Part shown: positions 37,272-46,135 of the stretch, in pieces | Numbering within the stretch: position 1 is the stretch's first letter | Layout: the number at the start of each line of letters is the position of its first letter | Assembly (NCBI GenBank): GCA_963835655.1 | Contig: CAWIGJ010000003.1 | Coordinates: 305,016 to 369,015 of the forward strand | Source of the DNA: an uncultured Chloroflexia bacterium | GTDB taxonomy: Bacteria > Chloroflexota > Dehalococcoidia > DSTF01 > JALHUB01 | Direction of reading: 5' to 3' | DNA: 64,000 nucleotides | Program-made: the position numbers and the translations under genes | The notes under the pieces: generated by a model | The model's database searches: none | Seen by the model: only the letters and a program-made list of their open reading frames with translations | What the model was told of the DNA's origin: nothing

Positions 37272-38138
37272 CTATTCCTGCGACTCGAAGGAGCGCATGG
37301 CCAGCGACAGAACGACGGCGGCGAAGACGGCGAGGATGGCGACGTCGGCCCAGGTTCCAAGATGGTAGCTGCCGATCTTTATGCCCGGCGCCAGCACGGA
37401 GCCGAGCAGGGCGCGTCGCATGGGGTCGACGCCGTAGGCTACGGGGTCGACGCGCGTCAGCACGGCCATCCAGCCCGGCAGGCCGCGCAGGGGGAAGAAG
37501 GCGCCGCTCAGGAAGAACATGGGCATCACGAAGAAGTTGATGATCATCTGGAAGGACTCCATCGTCTGGAGCCGTGACGCGATGAGGATGCCCATCGACG
37601 AGATCGCGAAGGCGGTCAGGAACATGAGGGCGAGCAGCTCCAGGGTGTTGAAGGGGTTGAGGCCGACGCCGAGGATAGGCGCCAGGACCAGCAAGATAGC
37701 GCCCTGGAGCATCGCTATGGTGCTGCCGCCGAGGGCCTTCCCCAGGACGACGGAGGCGCGGCTGACGGGCGCGACGAGCAGCTCGCGCAGGAAGCCGAAC
37801 TCGCGATCCCAGACGATGGAGATGGCGCTGAAAATCGAGGTGAAGAGCACCGCCATCGCGATGATGCCGGGATAGAGGAAGCGGATATAAGAGACGTTCC
37901 CGAGTTGCTGCGTGACGCCCGCGCCCAGCGAGGCGCCAAGGCCGGCGCCGAAGACGATGAGGAAAAGAAGGGGTTGTCCCATTGAGGCGATAATGCGGGC
38001 GCGGTCGCGGGAATAGCGGAGGACGTCGCGGTACCAGATGATGTAGACGCCGCGCAGGTTGGCCTGGAGGCCGCGGCCGGGAGTCACGTCCATAGTTGGA
38101 GCCAGGGTTGCCATTAGCGCCTTCCTCCTCCGCCCCAC
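37272..38138 (-). CDS. ABC-2 type transporter permease
   Basis: 288 aa, 6 TM, ABC-2 family pattern; overlaps ATPase gene. Confidence 0.8.
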   Translation of the reverse strand: MGRRRKALMATLAPTMDVTPGRGLQANLRGVYIIWYRDVLRYSRDRARIIASMGQPLLFLIVFGAGLGASLGAGVTQQLGNVSYIRFLYPGIIAMAVLFTSIFSAISIVWDREFGFLRELLVAPVSRASVVLGKALGGSTIAMLQGAILLVLAPILGVGLNPFNTLELLALMFLTAFAISSMGILIASRLQTMESFQMIINFFVMPMFFLSGAFFPLRGLPGWMAVLTRVDPVAYGVDPMRRALLGSVLAPGIKIGSYHLGTWADVAILAVFAAVVLSLAMRSFESQE

Positions 38139-39097
38139 ATGCGACCGCGCATGCGCAGCATCGCCAGGGGGTCGGCCTCATCCTCACGGATAACGTGGCC
38201 GGTGAGCTTCAAGAAAACGTCGTCGAGGGTCGGCCGGTGCAGGTCTACCGATTCGACGGGAACTGCGAGGTCGCAGACGACGCGCGGAATGAACTCAGCG
38301 CCGTTGGGCACTTCGAGCCGGAGGCGGCCGTCCTGGCTCTGCACCTCCAGGCCGAACTTCTCGCGGATCTCGACGACGGCCTTGTCGTTGTCCGGCGTTC
38401 GCAGCGTGACGATGTCGGCACCGACCATCCGCTTCAGCGCGTCCGGCGTGTCCAGCGCCTGGAGGTGGCCGTAGTCGATGACGCCGATGCGCTGGCAGTG
38501 CTCTGCCTCTTCCATGTAATGGGTGGTCATGAAGATGGTTATGTGGTGGGTGCGCTGGAGCTTCAGGATGTAGTTCCAGATGTGCTCGCGCGTCTGCGGG
38601 TCGAGGCCGATGGTCGGCTCGTCGAGGAAGAGGACGCGCGGGTGATGGAGCAGGCCGCGGGCGATCTCCAGCCGCCGCTTCATGCCGCCGGAGTAGGTCT
38701 TGACGACCGCCTTCCGCCGGTCCCATAGCTCGACGACGTGTAGAACCTCTTCGATGCGCTTCTCGCGGAGGTGGCCGGGCACGTTGTAGACGTAGGCGTG
38801 GAAGCGAAGGTTCTCGATAGCGGTGAGCTGGTCATCGAGGCTGGGGTCCTGGAAGACGAGGCCTATGGATTGACGGACCTCGTTCCGATGCGTCTCGACA
38901 TCGTAGCCGGCCACCTTCGCATGACCGGACGTTGGGCTCAGCAGGGTGCAGAGAATGTTGATGGTCGTCGTCTTCCCGGCGCCGTTTGGGCCCAGGAAGC
39001 CGAAGACCTCACCCTCTTCTATCTCAAAGCTGACGCCGTCGACGGCGGCCAGGGAACCGAAGTTCTTGTGGAGGTCTGAGACTTCGACTGAAAGCAT
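38114..39097 (-). CDS. ABC transporter ATP-binding protein (DrrA-like)
   Basis: Walker A GPNGAGKTT, signature LSGGMKRRL, Walker B LFLDEPT. Confidence 0.85.
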   Translation of the reverse strand: MLSVEVSDLHKNFGSLAAVDGVSFEIEEGEVFGFLGPNGAGKTTTINILCTLLSPTSGHAKVAGYDVETHRNEVRQSIGLVFQDPSLDDQLTAIENLRFHAYVYNVPGHLREKRIEEVLHVVELWDRRKAVVKTYSGGMKRRLEIARGLLHHPRVLFLDEPTIGLDPQTREHIWNYILKLQRTHHITIFMTTHYMEEAEHCQRIGVIDYGHLQALDTPDALKRMVGADIVTLRTPDNDKAVVEIREKFGLEVQSQDGRLRLEVPNGAEFIPRVVCDLAVPVESVDLHRPTLDDVFLKLTGHVIREDEADPLAMLRMRGRMWGGGGRR

Positions 39098-39115
39098 TGA
39101 ATCTATTATAACCGG

Positions 39116-39652
39116 TTACTCGCTTTTGTCCTTCTCTTTTTCCTCCTCCGGCTTTTGTTCGCGGAGTATTTCTTCGATTTCCTTGCGGGCGCGGCCGAGA
39201 ACGTCGCGGACCTGGCGGATGGTCTCGGGGCTCATGTAGCGCCTGCCGCGTCCGGCGATCGAGTGGACGAAGTCGCGCATGTCGTGGTGCAGTTCGCGGA
39301 ACTGGGTTTTCAGTTGCGGGTCCCACCAGGAGCCGGCGCGCTTGCGGATACCTTCGACGGTCTCTTTCTGCTGGTCGAGGAAGGTTCGCCCCTCATCGGT
39401 GATAGAGTAGACGCGACGGCCGTCCTGCTGCGCCGAAGTGGCGTAGCCCATGTCCTCCAGCATCTGGAGTGTGGGGTAGACGGCGCCGGCGCTGGGGGTA
39501 TACATGCCGCCGAAGCGCTCCTCCAGGGCGCGGATGACCTCGTAGCCGTGGGCCGGCCGCTCGCTGAGGAGCTGCAGGATGACGTACTTGAGGTCGCCTC
39601 TTTCAAAGACGCGTTCGTGGAAGCGTTCGGGATCAAACCAGGGTCTTCGCAT
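39116..39652 (-). CDS. PadR-family transcriptional regulator
   Basis: DLKYVILQLLSERPAHGYEVIRALEERFGGMYTPSAGAVYPTLQMLEDMG. Confidence 0.8.
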   Translation of the reverse strand: MRRPWFDPERFHERVFERGDLKYVILQLLSERPAHGYEVIRALEERFGGMYTPSAGAVYPTLQMLEDMGYATSAQQDGRRVYSITDEGRTFLDQQKETVEGIRKRAGSWWDPQLKTQFRELHHDMRDFVHSIAGRGRRYMSPETIRQVRDVLGRARKEIEEILREQKPEEEKEKDKSE

Positions 39653-39800
39653 TTCTTATTTCCTCCTTTAGTATCGCGATATATCTCGCTACATCTAATA
39701 CTATCGACATGCTCGCTGGTTTGTCAAGACCCCTTGACATTCCGCCTTTCAGGGGGGATGAATGGGACAACGACCTCGGCCCGTGAAGAGGAGAAGTGAG

Positions 39801-40571
39801 ATGATTGAGAACCGGCTGCGTCAGCTCTGGAAGGAAGACAAGCCCGCCCTTGGTTGCTGGCTTTCGATCCCGGACCCGTTCTGCGCCGAGATGATCGCGC
39901 GGATGGGCTTCGACTGGCTGTGCATCGACATGCAGCACGGTCTGATCGACTATCAGCGGGCTCTGTCGATGCTCCAAGCCATCTCGACGACTGCCGCGGC
40001 GCCGGTTGTGCGCGTGCCATGGAACGATCCCGGCGTGATCATGAAGATGCTCGACGCCGGCGCTTGCTCCGTCATCGTCCCCATGATCGAGACGGTGGCG
40101 GATGCCGAGAAGGCGGCAGCGGCCTGCCGTTATCCGCCGGCAGGGATGCGAAGCTTTGGGCCGACACGGGCTGTCGTATCTGCGGGCGCCGACTACGTGA
40201 CGAAGGCGGGGGAGTACGTCTGCTGCATACCGATGATCGAGACCGCGCCGGCCCTGGACAACCTGGACGATATCCTTTCGGTTCCGGGTGTCGACGCTGT
40301 TTACATCGGGCCGATGGACCTGAGTCTGGCCCTGGGCCTGCCGCCGCGGCCGGACAGCGACGAGCCGGTCTACGCAGAGGCGCGAAAGAAGGTTGTGGAA
40401 GCGTGCAAACGGCACAACATTGTTGCGGGCGTCCACTCGTCGGCGGCGACGGTGGCGGACCGCGTGGCTGAGGGCTTCCGTCTCGTGCTGGCGGCGTCCG
40501 ACGTGTCCGCTTTGGGGCGAGGCATCGTCATGGATTTGACTTCGGCGCGGCAAAGCCTGGAGAGGGGCTAG
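39801..40571 (+). CDS. HpcH/HpaI aldolase / citrate-lyase beta-like family enzyme
   Basis: MIENRLRQLWKEDKPALGCWLSIPDP...; probable ATG within ORF 39762..40571. Confidence 0.75.
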   Translation: MIENRLRQLWKEDKPALGCWLSIPDPFCAEMIARMGFDWLCIDMQHGLIDYQRALSMLQAISTTAAAPVVRVPWNDPGVIMKMLDAGACSVIVPMIETVADAEKAAAACRYPPAGMRSFGPTRAVVSAGADYVTKAGEYVCCIPMIETAPALDNLDDILSVPGVDAVYIGPMDLSLALGLPPRPDSDEPVYAEARKKVVEACKRHNIVAGVHSSAATVADRVAEGFRLVLAASDVSALGRGIVMDLTSARQSLERG

Positions 40572-40632
40572 CGTTTTGCCCCTGCTATACTGGGATACTA
40601 ATCTGAGGGAGCGACAGGGCGGATAGGACGAC

Positions 40633-41289
40633 ATGCGGACGATACTCGTTGTCGGCGAGGGGGAGTGCGCGCAGGAGATAGCGCGAGAGGCCGTCGCGGG
40701 CGGCTATCAAGTCGAGGCGAAGGCTTCGTTGGATGCGAGCGATGCGGTCGACGCGCAGGTCGCGGCGTTGATTGTGTGCGCCGGATCCTCGACCGAAATG
40801 GGCGGTCTTTCACTCCTGAGGGAGAGCGCTGCCGAGAAGCCGCCGGTGCTCGCCGTCCTGTCCGAAGAAGCGCTGGATGGCAAGATCGACTTTCCTGCGG
40901 ACGACCTCGCCTTCTATCCGCTTCGGCCGCGCGAGTTGGAGGCGCGGCTTCGACGCCTGCTTAAGGAGCCTGGCCCTGCTGAGTCGGACGAAGTCCTGCG
41001 GCAGGGAGCGCTGGCTATCGACACAGCTGGTTACCGCGTATATGTCGATGGCGTGCAGGTGGAGCTGACGTTCAAGGAGTACGAGCTGTTGCGCTTCCTG
41101 GCGACGCACCCGGACCGCGTCTATTCCCGTGAGGCGCTGCTCGACAAGGTCTGGGGCTACGACTACTTCGGCGGCGCGCGGACGGTTGACGTCCACATCC
41201 GCCGTATTCGCAGCAAGGTTGAACGAGCCGGCTTCACCTTCATCGAAACCGTGCGAAGCGTCGGCTACCGCTTTCACGCCTCACCCTGA
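40633..41289 (+). CDS. Atypical OmpR-family regulator (degenerate receiver + winged helix), GlnR-like orphan
   Basis: C-terminal trans_reg_C (TFKEYELLRFLATHPDRVYSREALLDKVWG...VGYRF); N-terminal receiver lacks canonical acidic pocket; positioned upstream of amt-amt-glnA. Confidence 0.65.
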   Translation: MRTILVVGEGECAQEIAREAVAGGYQVEAKASLDASDAVDAQVAALIVCAGSSTEMGGLSLLRESAAEKPPVLAVLSEEALDGKIDFPADDLAFYPLRPRELEARLRRLLKEPGPAESDEVLRQGALAIDTAGYRVYVDGVQVELTFKEYELLRFLATHPDRVYSREALLDKVWGYDYFGGARTVDVHIRRIRSKVERAGFTFIETVRSVGYRFHASP

Positions 41290-41317
41290 TCCCCCGATTG
41301 CACCGGTCTACGCGAAC

Positions 41318-41344
41318 TTAATTCCGCCGTAACATCCCCGCAAT
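41318..41344 (+). promoter_or_regulatory. TTAAT-n6-GTAAC-n6-GCAAT 11-bp phased repeats upstream of first amt gene
   Basis: Read directly; same phasing as 42848..42885. Confidence 0.4.
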
Positions 41345-41387
41345 GCCTGTCTCCTAGACTCAAGGCAAAGAGTTAAGGAGAACGGTA

Positions 41388-42740
41388 ATGCCCGCGACCC
41401 CCATCAACGCCGGCGACACAGCCTGGGTCTTAGTGGCGGCGGCCCTGGTCATGCTCATGACGCCTGGCCTGGCCTTCTTCTACGGTGGCCTGGTGCGCGA
41501 GAAGAACGTCCTGGGCACGATCATGCACAGTTTTGTGGTGATCGCCATAGTCAGCCTGCTATGGGTGGTGGTCGGCTACAGCCTCGCCTTCGGGCCGGAC
41601 CACTGGGGGCTGATCGGCGGGCTCGACTGGGCGTTCCTCCGGCACGTCGGACAGACGCCGAACCCCGCTTACTCGTCGACCGTCCCGCACCAGGCGTTCA
41701 TGGCCTTCCAGATGATGTTCGCGATTATCACGCCGGCGCTTATCACGGGCGCTCTCGCGGAGAGGGCCCGCTTCAGCTCATTCGTCATCTTCATGGCCGC
41801 CTGGTCGCTTTTGGTGTACGCACCGATAGCGCATTGGGTATGGGCGCCGGGCGGTTGGCTTCGCAATCTGGGCGCGCTGGACTTCGCCGGCGGGACCGTG
41901 GTGCATGTGAATGCGGGAATCGCCGCCCTTGTCGCCGCAATCATGTACGGACGGCGGCTGGAGTACGGCAAAGAAGCGATCGAGCCGCATGACATCTCGA
42001 TGATGATGCTCGGGGTTGGGCTTCTCTGGTTCGGCTGGTTTGGCTTCAACGCGGGCAGCGCCCTCGCGGCGAACGGGGTGGCTGTCAATGCTCTGGTTGT
42101 CACGCACGTCGCCGCAGCCGCGGGCGCCCTCACCTGGCTGCTCATAAGCTGGTGGCAGACGGGAAAGGCGAGCGTGGTGGGCGTGGGGGCGGGCGCCGTG
42201 GCCGGGCTGGTGGCGATTACGCCGGCTTCCGGCTTCGTGGACGCGGGCCCGGCGATAGTCATCGGGATCGGCGCAGGCACATTCTGTTACTTCGCCGTCC
42301 AGTTGCGTCACCGCCTGCACCTTGACGACGCCCTTGACGTGGTCGGTGTGCACGGCGTCGGCGGCGCCTGGGGCGCGCTGGCGACCGGCATCTTCGCGAC
42401 CGTCGCGGTGAACTCGGCAGGCGCTAACGGCCTCATTCACGGCAATCCCGGACAGTTGGGTGCGCAAGCGGCAGCAGTTGGCGCGACGATCGCCTATTCG
42501 CTTGTTGCGACGTTCTTGATCCTGCGCGTGCTGGACGTCGTCATAGGACTCCGGGTCTCGGAAGAGGAGGAGAAGATCGGGCTGGACGTCTCGCAGCACG
42601 GCGAACGGGCGTATGCCTTGCCAAGCCTCAGCGTTCTTAGGGTCGCTGAACTGACCGTGCCGAGTCCGGACAGGCACAAGGAAACGACGCCGGTTGGGGC
42701 ACAGGAGAGGCCTGAAAGCGGGCGTTTGCCGAGTAAATGA
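41388..42740 (+). CDS. amt: Ammonium transporter (Amt/MEP family)
   Basis: 450 aa, 11-12 TM, Amt signature (DFAGGTVVHVNAG..., GFNAGSALAANG); AAGGAG RBS. Confidence 0.9.
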   Translation: MPATPINAGDTAWVLVAAALVMLMTPGLAFFYGGLVREKNVLGTIMHSFVVIAIVSLLWVVVGYSLAFGPDHWGLIGGLDWAFLRHVGQTPNPAYSSTVPHQAFMAFQMMFAIITPALITGALAERARFSSFVIFMAAWSLLVYAPIAHWVWAPGGWLRNLGALDFAGGTVVHVNAGIAALVAAIMYGRRLEYGKEAIEPHDISMMMLGVGLLWFGWFGFNAGSALAANGVAVNALVVTHVAAAAGALTWLLISWWQTGKASVVGVGAGAVAGLVAITPASGFVDAGPAIVIGIGAGTFCYFAVQLRHRLHLDDALDVVGVHGVGGAWGALATGIFATVAVNSAGANGLIHGNPGQLGAQAAAVGATIAYSLVATFLILRVLDVVIGLRVSEEEEKIGLDVSQHGERAYALPSLSVLRVAELTVPSPDRHKETTPVGAQERPESGRLPSK

Positions 42741-42847
42741 GGCAGATGTATGCCTAGGCCTAACGGCGGCTTCCATGCCGTCGAGATGGTTAAGCATTCC
42801 GCAGCGGCATGTGCCGCGGCGGCAGGAGGGGTGTGATTTCTGCCTTC

Positions 42848-42885
42848 GTAACCGTGGGTTCATCGGCCCGTAACATGGCTGTAAC
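42848..42885 (+). promoter_or_regulatory. Four pentamer half-sites phased at 11 bp (GTAAC-n6-TTCAT-n6-GTAAC-n6-GTAAC) upstream of second amt gene
   Basis: Read directly; resembles actinobacterial GlnR a-site/b-site boxes (GTnAC-n6-GnnAC). Confidence 0.5.
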
Positions 42886-42938
42886 GTGGCCCTTCTACAC
42901 TCGGAGCACCGGTACGCTTGGGAGTAGGAGGAAGGGTC

Positions 42939-44321
42939 GTGCCAACAGGGGCTATCAACGCTGGCGACACAGCCTGGGTCTTAGTGGCGGCGGCCCTGGT
43001 CATGCTCATGACGCCCGGCCTGGCCTTCTTCTACGGTGGCCTGGTGCGCGAGAAGAACGTCCTGGGCACGATCATGCACAGCTTTGTGGTGATCGCCATA
43101 GTCAGCCTGCTATGGGTGGTGGTCGGCTACAGCCTGGCCTTCGGGCCGGACCACTGGGGGCTGATCGGCGGGCTCGACTGGGGGTTCCTCCGGCATGTCG
43201 GGCAAGCGCCGAACCCCGACTATGGTCCGACGATACCGCACCAAGCGTTCATGGTCTTCCAGATGATGTTCGCCGTGATCACCCCTGCTCTCATCACCGG
43301 CGCCTTTGCCGAGAGGGCGAAATTCGGCACCTTCCTTGTCTTCATGGCTGCCTGGTCGCTCTTGGTCTACGCGCCCATCGCCCACTGGGTCTGGGCAAGC
43401 GGCGGCTGGCTGAAGGAAATGGGCGCGCTGGACTTTGCCGGCGGAACGGTGGTGCACGTGAATGCAGGGATCGCTGCCCTCGTTGCGGCCATCATGTACG
43501 GACGGCGCCTGGAGTACGGCAAAGAAGCGTTGGAGCCGCATGACATTTCGATGATGATGCTCGGGGTTGGACTATTGTGGTTCGGCTGGTTTGGCTTCAA
43601 TGCCGGCAGTGCCCTCGCGGCGAACGGGCTGGCCGTCAACGCTTTCGTCGTCACTCACGTCTCTGCCGTGTCGGCCGCACTAGCCTGGCTTGGCCTCAGT
43701 TGGTGGCAGACCGGCAAGGCCAGCGTCCTGGGCGTGGGCGCCGGCGCCGTCGCAGGTCTCGCCGCGATTACGCCCGCGTCCGGCTTCGTCGATGTCGCCC
43801 CCGCTATCGTCATCGGAATCGGTGCGGGCACATTTTGCTACCTCGCCGTGCAGTTGCGGCACCGCCTCCATCTCGACGACACTCTCGACGTCGTGGGCGT
43901 GCACGGTCTCGGCGGCGCCTGGGGCACGATAGCCGCCGGACTCTTCGCTACCGTCGCTGTGAACGCGGCGGGCGCAAATGGGCTGGTCCACGGAAACGCG
44001 GGACAACTGGGCATACAGGCGCTCGCAGTCGGCGTGACCCTGGGCTACTCGCTGGTCGCGACCTTTGTGATCTTGCGCGTCCTGGACCTTGTCTTTGGAC
44101 TCAGGGTCTCCGAGGAGGAGGAGAAGATCGGGCTGGACATGTCGCAGCACGGCGAACGCGCCTACGGCTTCGGCTCACTCAGCGTGCTCCAAGTCTCGCA
44201 GTTGACGGTGCCGGGGATGGACAGCGCAGCGGCGAAGTCGAAGCCGACGGCCCCAACTGGCAAAAGTCCGTTGCATCCAGAAATCACGTTACCGGGCACG
44301 GAACGCCGCGAAAAGACATGA
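42939..44321 (+). CDS. amt: Ammonium transporter (Amt/MEP family), tandem paralog
   Basis: About 85% identical to upstream amt; probable GTG start at 42939 after AGGAGG (ORF 42918..44321). Confidence 0.9.
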   Translation: MPTGAINAGDTAWVLVAAALVMLMTPGLAFFYGGLVREKNVLGTIMHSFVVIAIVSLLWVVVGYSLAFGPDHWGLIGGLDWGFLRHVGQAPNPDYGPTIPHQAFMVFQMMFAVITPALITGAFAERAKFGTFLVFMAAWSLLVYAPIAHWVWASGGWLKEMGALDFAGGTVVHVNAGIAALVAAIMYGRRLEYGKEALEPHDISMMMLGVGLLWFGWFGFNAGSALAANGLAVNAFVVTHVSAVSAALAWLGLSWWQTGKASVLGVGAGAVAGLAAITPASGFVDVAPAIVIGIGAGTFCYLAVQLRHRLHLDDTLDVVGVHGLGGAWGTIAAGLFATVAVNAAGANGLVHGNAGQLGIQALAVGVTLGYSLVATFVILRVLDLVFGLRVSEEEEKIGLDMSQHGERAYGFGSLSVLQVSQLTVPGMDSAAAKSKPTAPTGKSPLHPEITLPGTERREKT

Positions 44322-44529
44322 TCGATCCAAAGTCTGGACAAGGACGGGAAGGGGGTCTATAGCGACAACAAGACGGGAGCGAAGTCAGCCATAAGCAGGA
44401 AACCAGCACTGATTTCGGCAACAGGATCGCCTCCTGGGGCGGCCTTTACTGAGGCGGCCGCAGGCGTTAATTTGTTGGCGTGACCCTCCGTTCTTCCGAA
44501 GGGTCGCAAGATTGAGAATAGGAGTAGTG

Positions 44530-45861
44530 ATGAACGAAGGCAAAGACAAGCAATACGTGCTCCGGACCTGCAAAGACCAGGGCGTAAGATTCGTGCGCCT
44601 GTGGTTCACTGACATCCTGGGGTCGCTGAAGAGCTTCGCCATCATGATCGACGAACTCGAAGGCGCGCTCAACGAAGGCATGGGCTTTGACGGGTCATCC
44701 ATCGAAGGGTTCGCCCGTATCGACGAGAGCGACATGGTGGCGATGCCCGATCCCTCGACCTTCACCATCATCCCCTGGCGACCGAGAGAACAAGGGACGG
44801 CGCGGATGTTCTGCGATATCTATCGCCCGGACGGCACCCCTTTCGAGGGCGACCCGCGTTTCGTCCTGAGGCGAAACATCAAGCGCGCGGCTGACCTTGG
44901 CTTTACGTTCTACGTCGGCCCCGAGCTTGAGTATTTCTACTTCCGCAGCGTCGACGCTCCCGAGCCGCTGGACCAGGGCGGTTATTTCGACCTGACACCA
45001 CTGGACGTGGCGACGGACCTCCGGCGCGACACTATTCTCATCCTCGAAGAGATGGGCATCGGGGTCGAGTACTCGCACCATGAGGTGGCGCCCAGCCAGC
45101 ACGAGATTGATCTCCGCTACACCGACGCGCTGTCGATGGCGGACGCGGCGATGACCTACCGCCTCGTCGTCAAGGAGGTTGCGCTGGCCCACGGCGTCTA
45201 TGCCACCTTCATGCCGAAGCCCATCGGCGGACAGAACGGGTCCGGCATGCACGTGCACCAGTCGCTATTCAAGGGCGACCGGAACGCCTTCTTCGACGCC
45301 AACGATCCCTATTACCTGTCGCCGCTGGGAAAGTCTTACACGGCGGGGCTGCTGAAGCACTCGCGGGAGATCACGCTGGTAACGAACCAGTGGGTAAACT
45401 CGTACAAGCGGCTTGTGCCCGGCTACGAGGCTCCCTGCTACATCACCTGGGCCCGACGGAACCGCGCCGACATGATCCGCATCCCGGAATACAAGCCGGG
45501 CAAAGAGGCGGCTACGCGCATTGAGTACCGTTCGCCTGACCCGGCCTGCAACCCCTACCTGGCGTTTTCAGCCATGCTGGCCGCGGGCCTGGAGGGCATC
45601 GAGAAAGAATATCCCCTAGGGGAGCCGACGGAGGAGAACGTCTTCGAGATGTCGGCGGCGGAGCGAACGAAGCGCGGCATCAAGGTCCTGCCGGGCAGCC
45701 TGATCGAGGCGATTGAGGTGGCGGAGACAAGCGACCTCCTGCGACGGGCCCTCGGTGACCACGTGTTCGACATGCTCATCGCCAACAAGAGGATCGAGTG
45801 GGACCAGTACCGGACGCAGATCACGGACTACGAGTTGCGGCGCTACCTGCCGATTCTATAG
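44530..45861 (+). CDS. glnA: Glutamine synthetase type I
   Basis: GS-I motifs (FDGSSIEGF, GMHVHQSLF, adenylylation-region NPY); ATG 44530 after AGGAGTAG. Confidence 0.9.
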   Translation: MNEGKDKQYVLRTCKDQGVRFVRLWFTDILGSLKSFAIMIDELEGALNEGMGFDGSSIEGFARIDESDMVAMPDPSTFTIIPWRPREQGTARMFCDIYRPDGTPFEGDPRFVLRRNIKRAADLGFTFYVGPELEYFYFRSVDAPEPLDQGGYFDLTPLDVATDLRRDTILILEEMGIGVEYSHHEVAPSQHEIDLRYTDALSMADAAMTYRLVVKEVALAHGVYATFMPKPIGGQNGSGMHVHQSLFKGDRNAFFDANDPYYLSPLGKSYTAGLLKHSREITLVTNQWVNSYKRLVPGYEAPCYITWARRNRADMIRIPEYKPGKEAATRIEYRSPDPACNPYLAFSAMLAAGLEGIEKEYPLGEPTEENVFEMSAAERTKRGIKVLPGSLIEAIEVAETSDLLRRALGDHVFDMLIANKRIEWDQYRTQITDYELRRYLPIL

Positions 45862-46135
45862 TTCGAAGTCAGCAACCAGAGGAGGCCGGCGATGGAAGTT
45901 GCCGGCCTCTTTGTATGCGAAGGTTGGCTTCGGGCGGCCGCCGAAGGCGGCCGCGGGTGCGGCGCACAAAGTGCGCCGCACAAGACGCCGAGCCCTTCGG
46001 GCTCGGCAACCTTGTTCTGGGGGACACTTTCGTTTGCTTGCATCCCGACGATCCTGGGGCGGGACGTGGGACAAATGTCGCTTGCTTGCCGGCGCGGCAG
46101 CAGCGCGGCTATGTGTTCCGCGTGGCCGCGAAGAG

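Noticed and set aside
44321-44512. Possible glnA leader riboswitch or hairpin (GACCCT...AGGGTC at about 44478..44505)
   Set aside because: It is a simple 6-bp stem only. No glutamine-riboswitch-like conserved structure is recognisable by eye, and I cannot confirm it without a covariance model.
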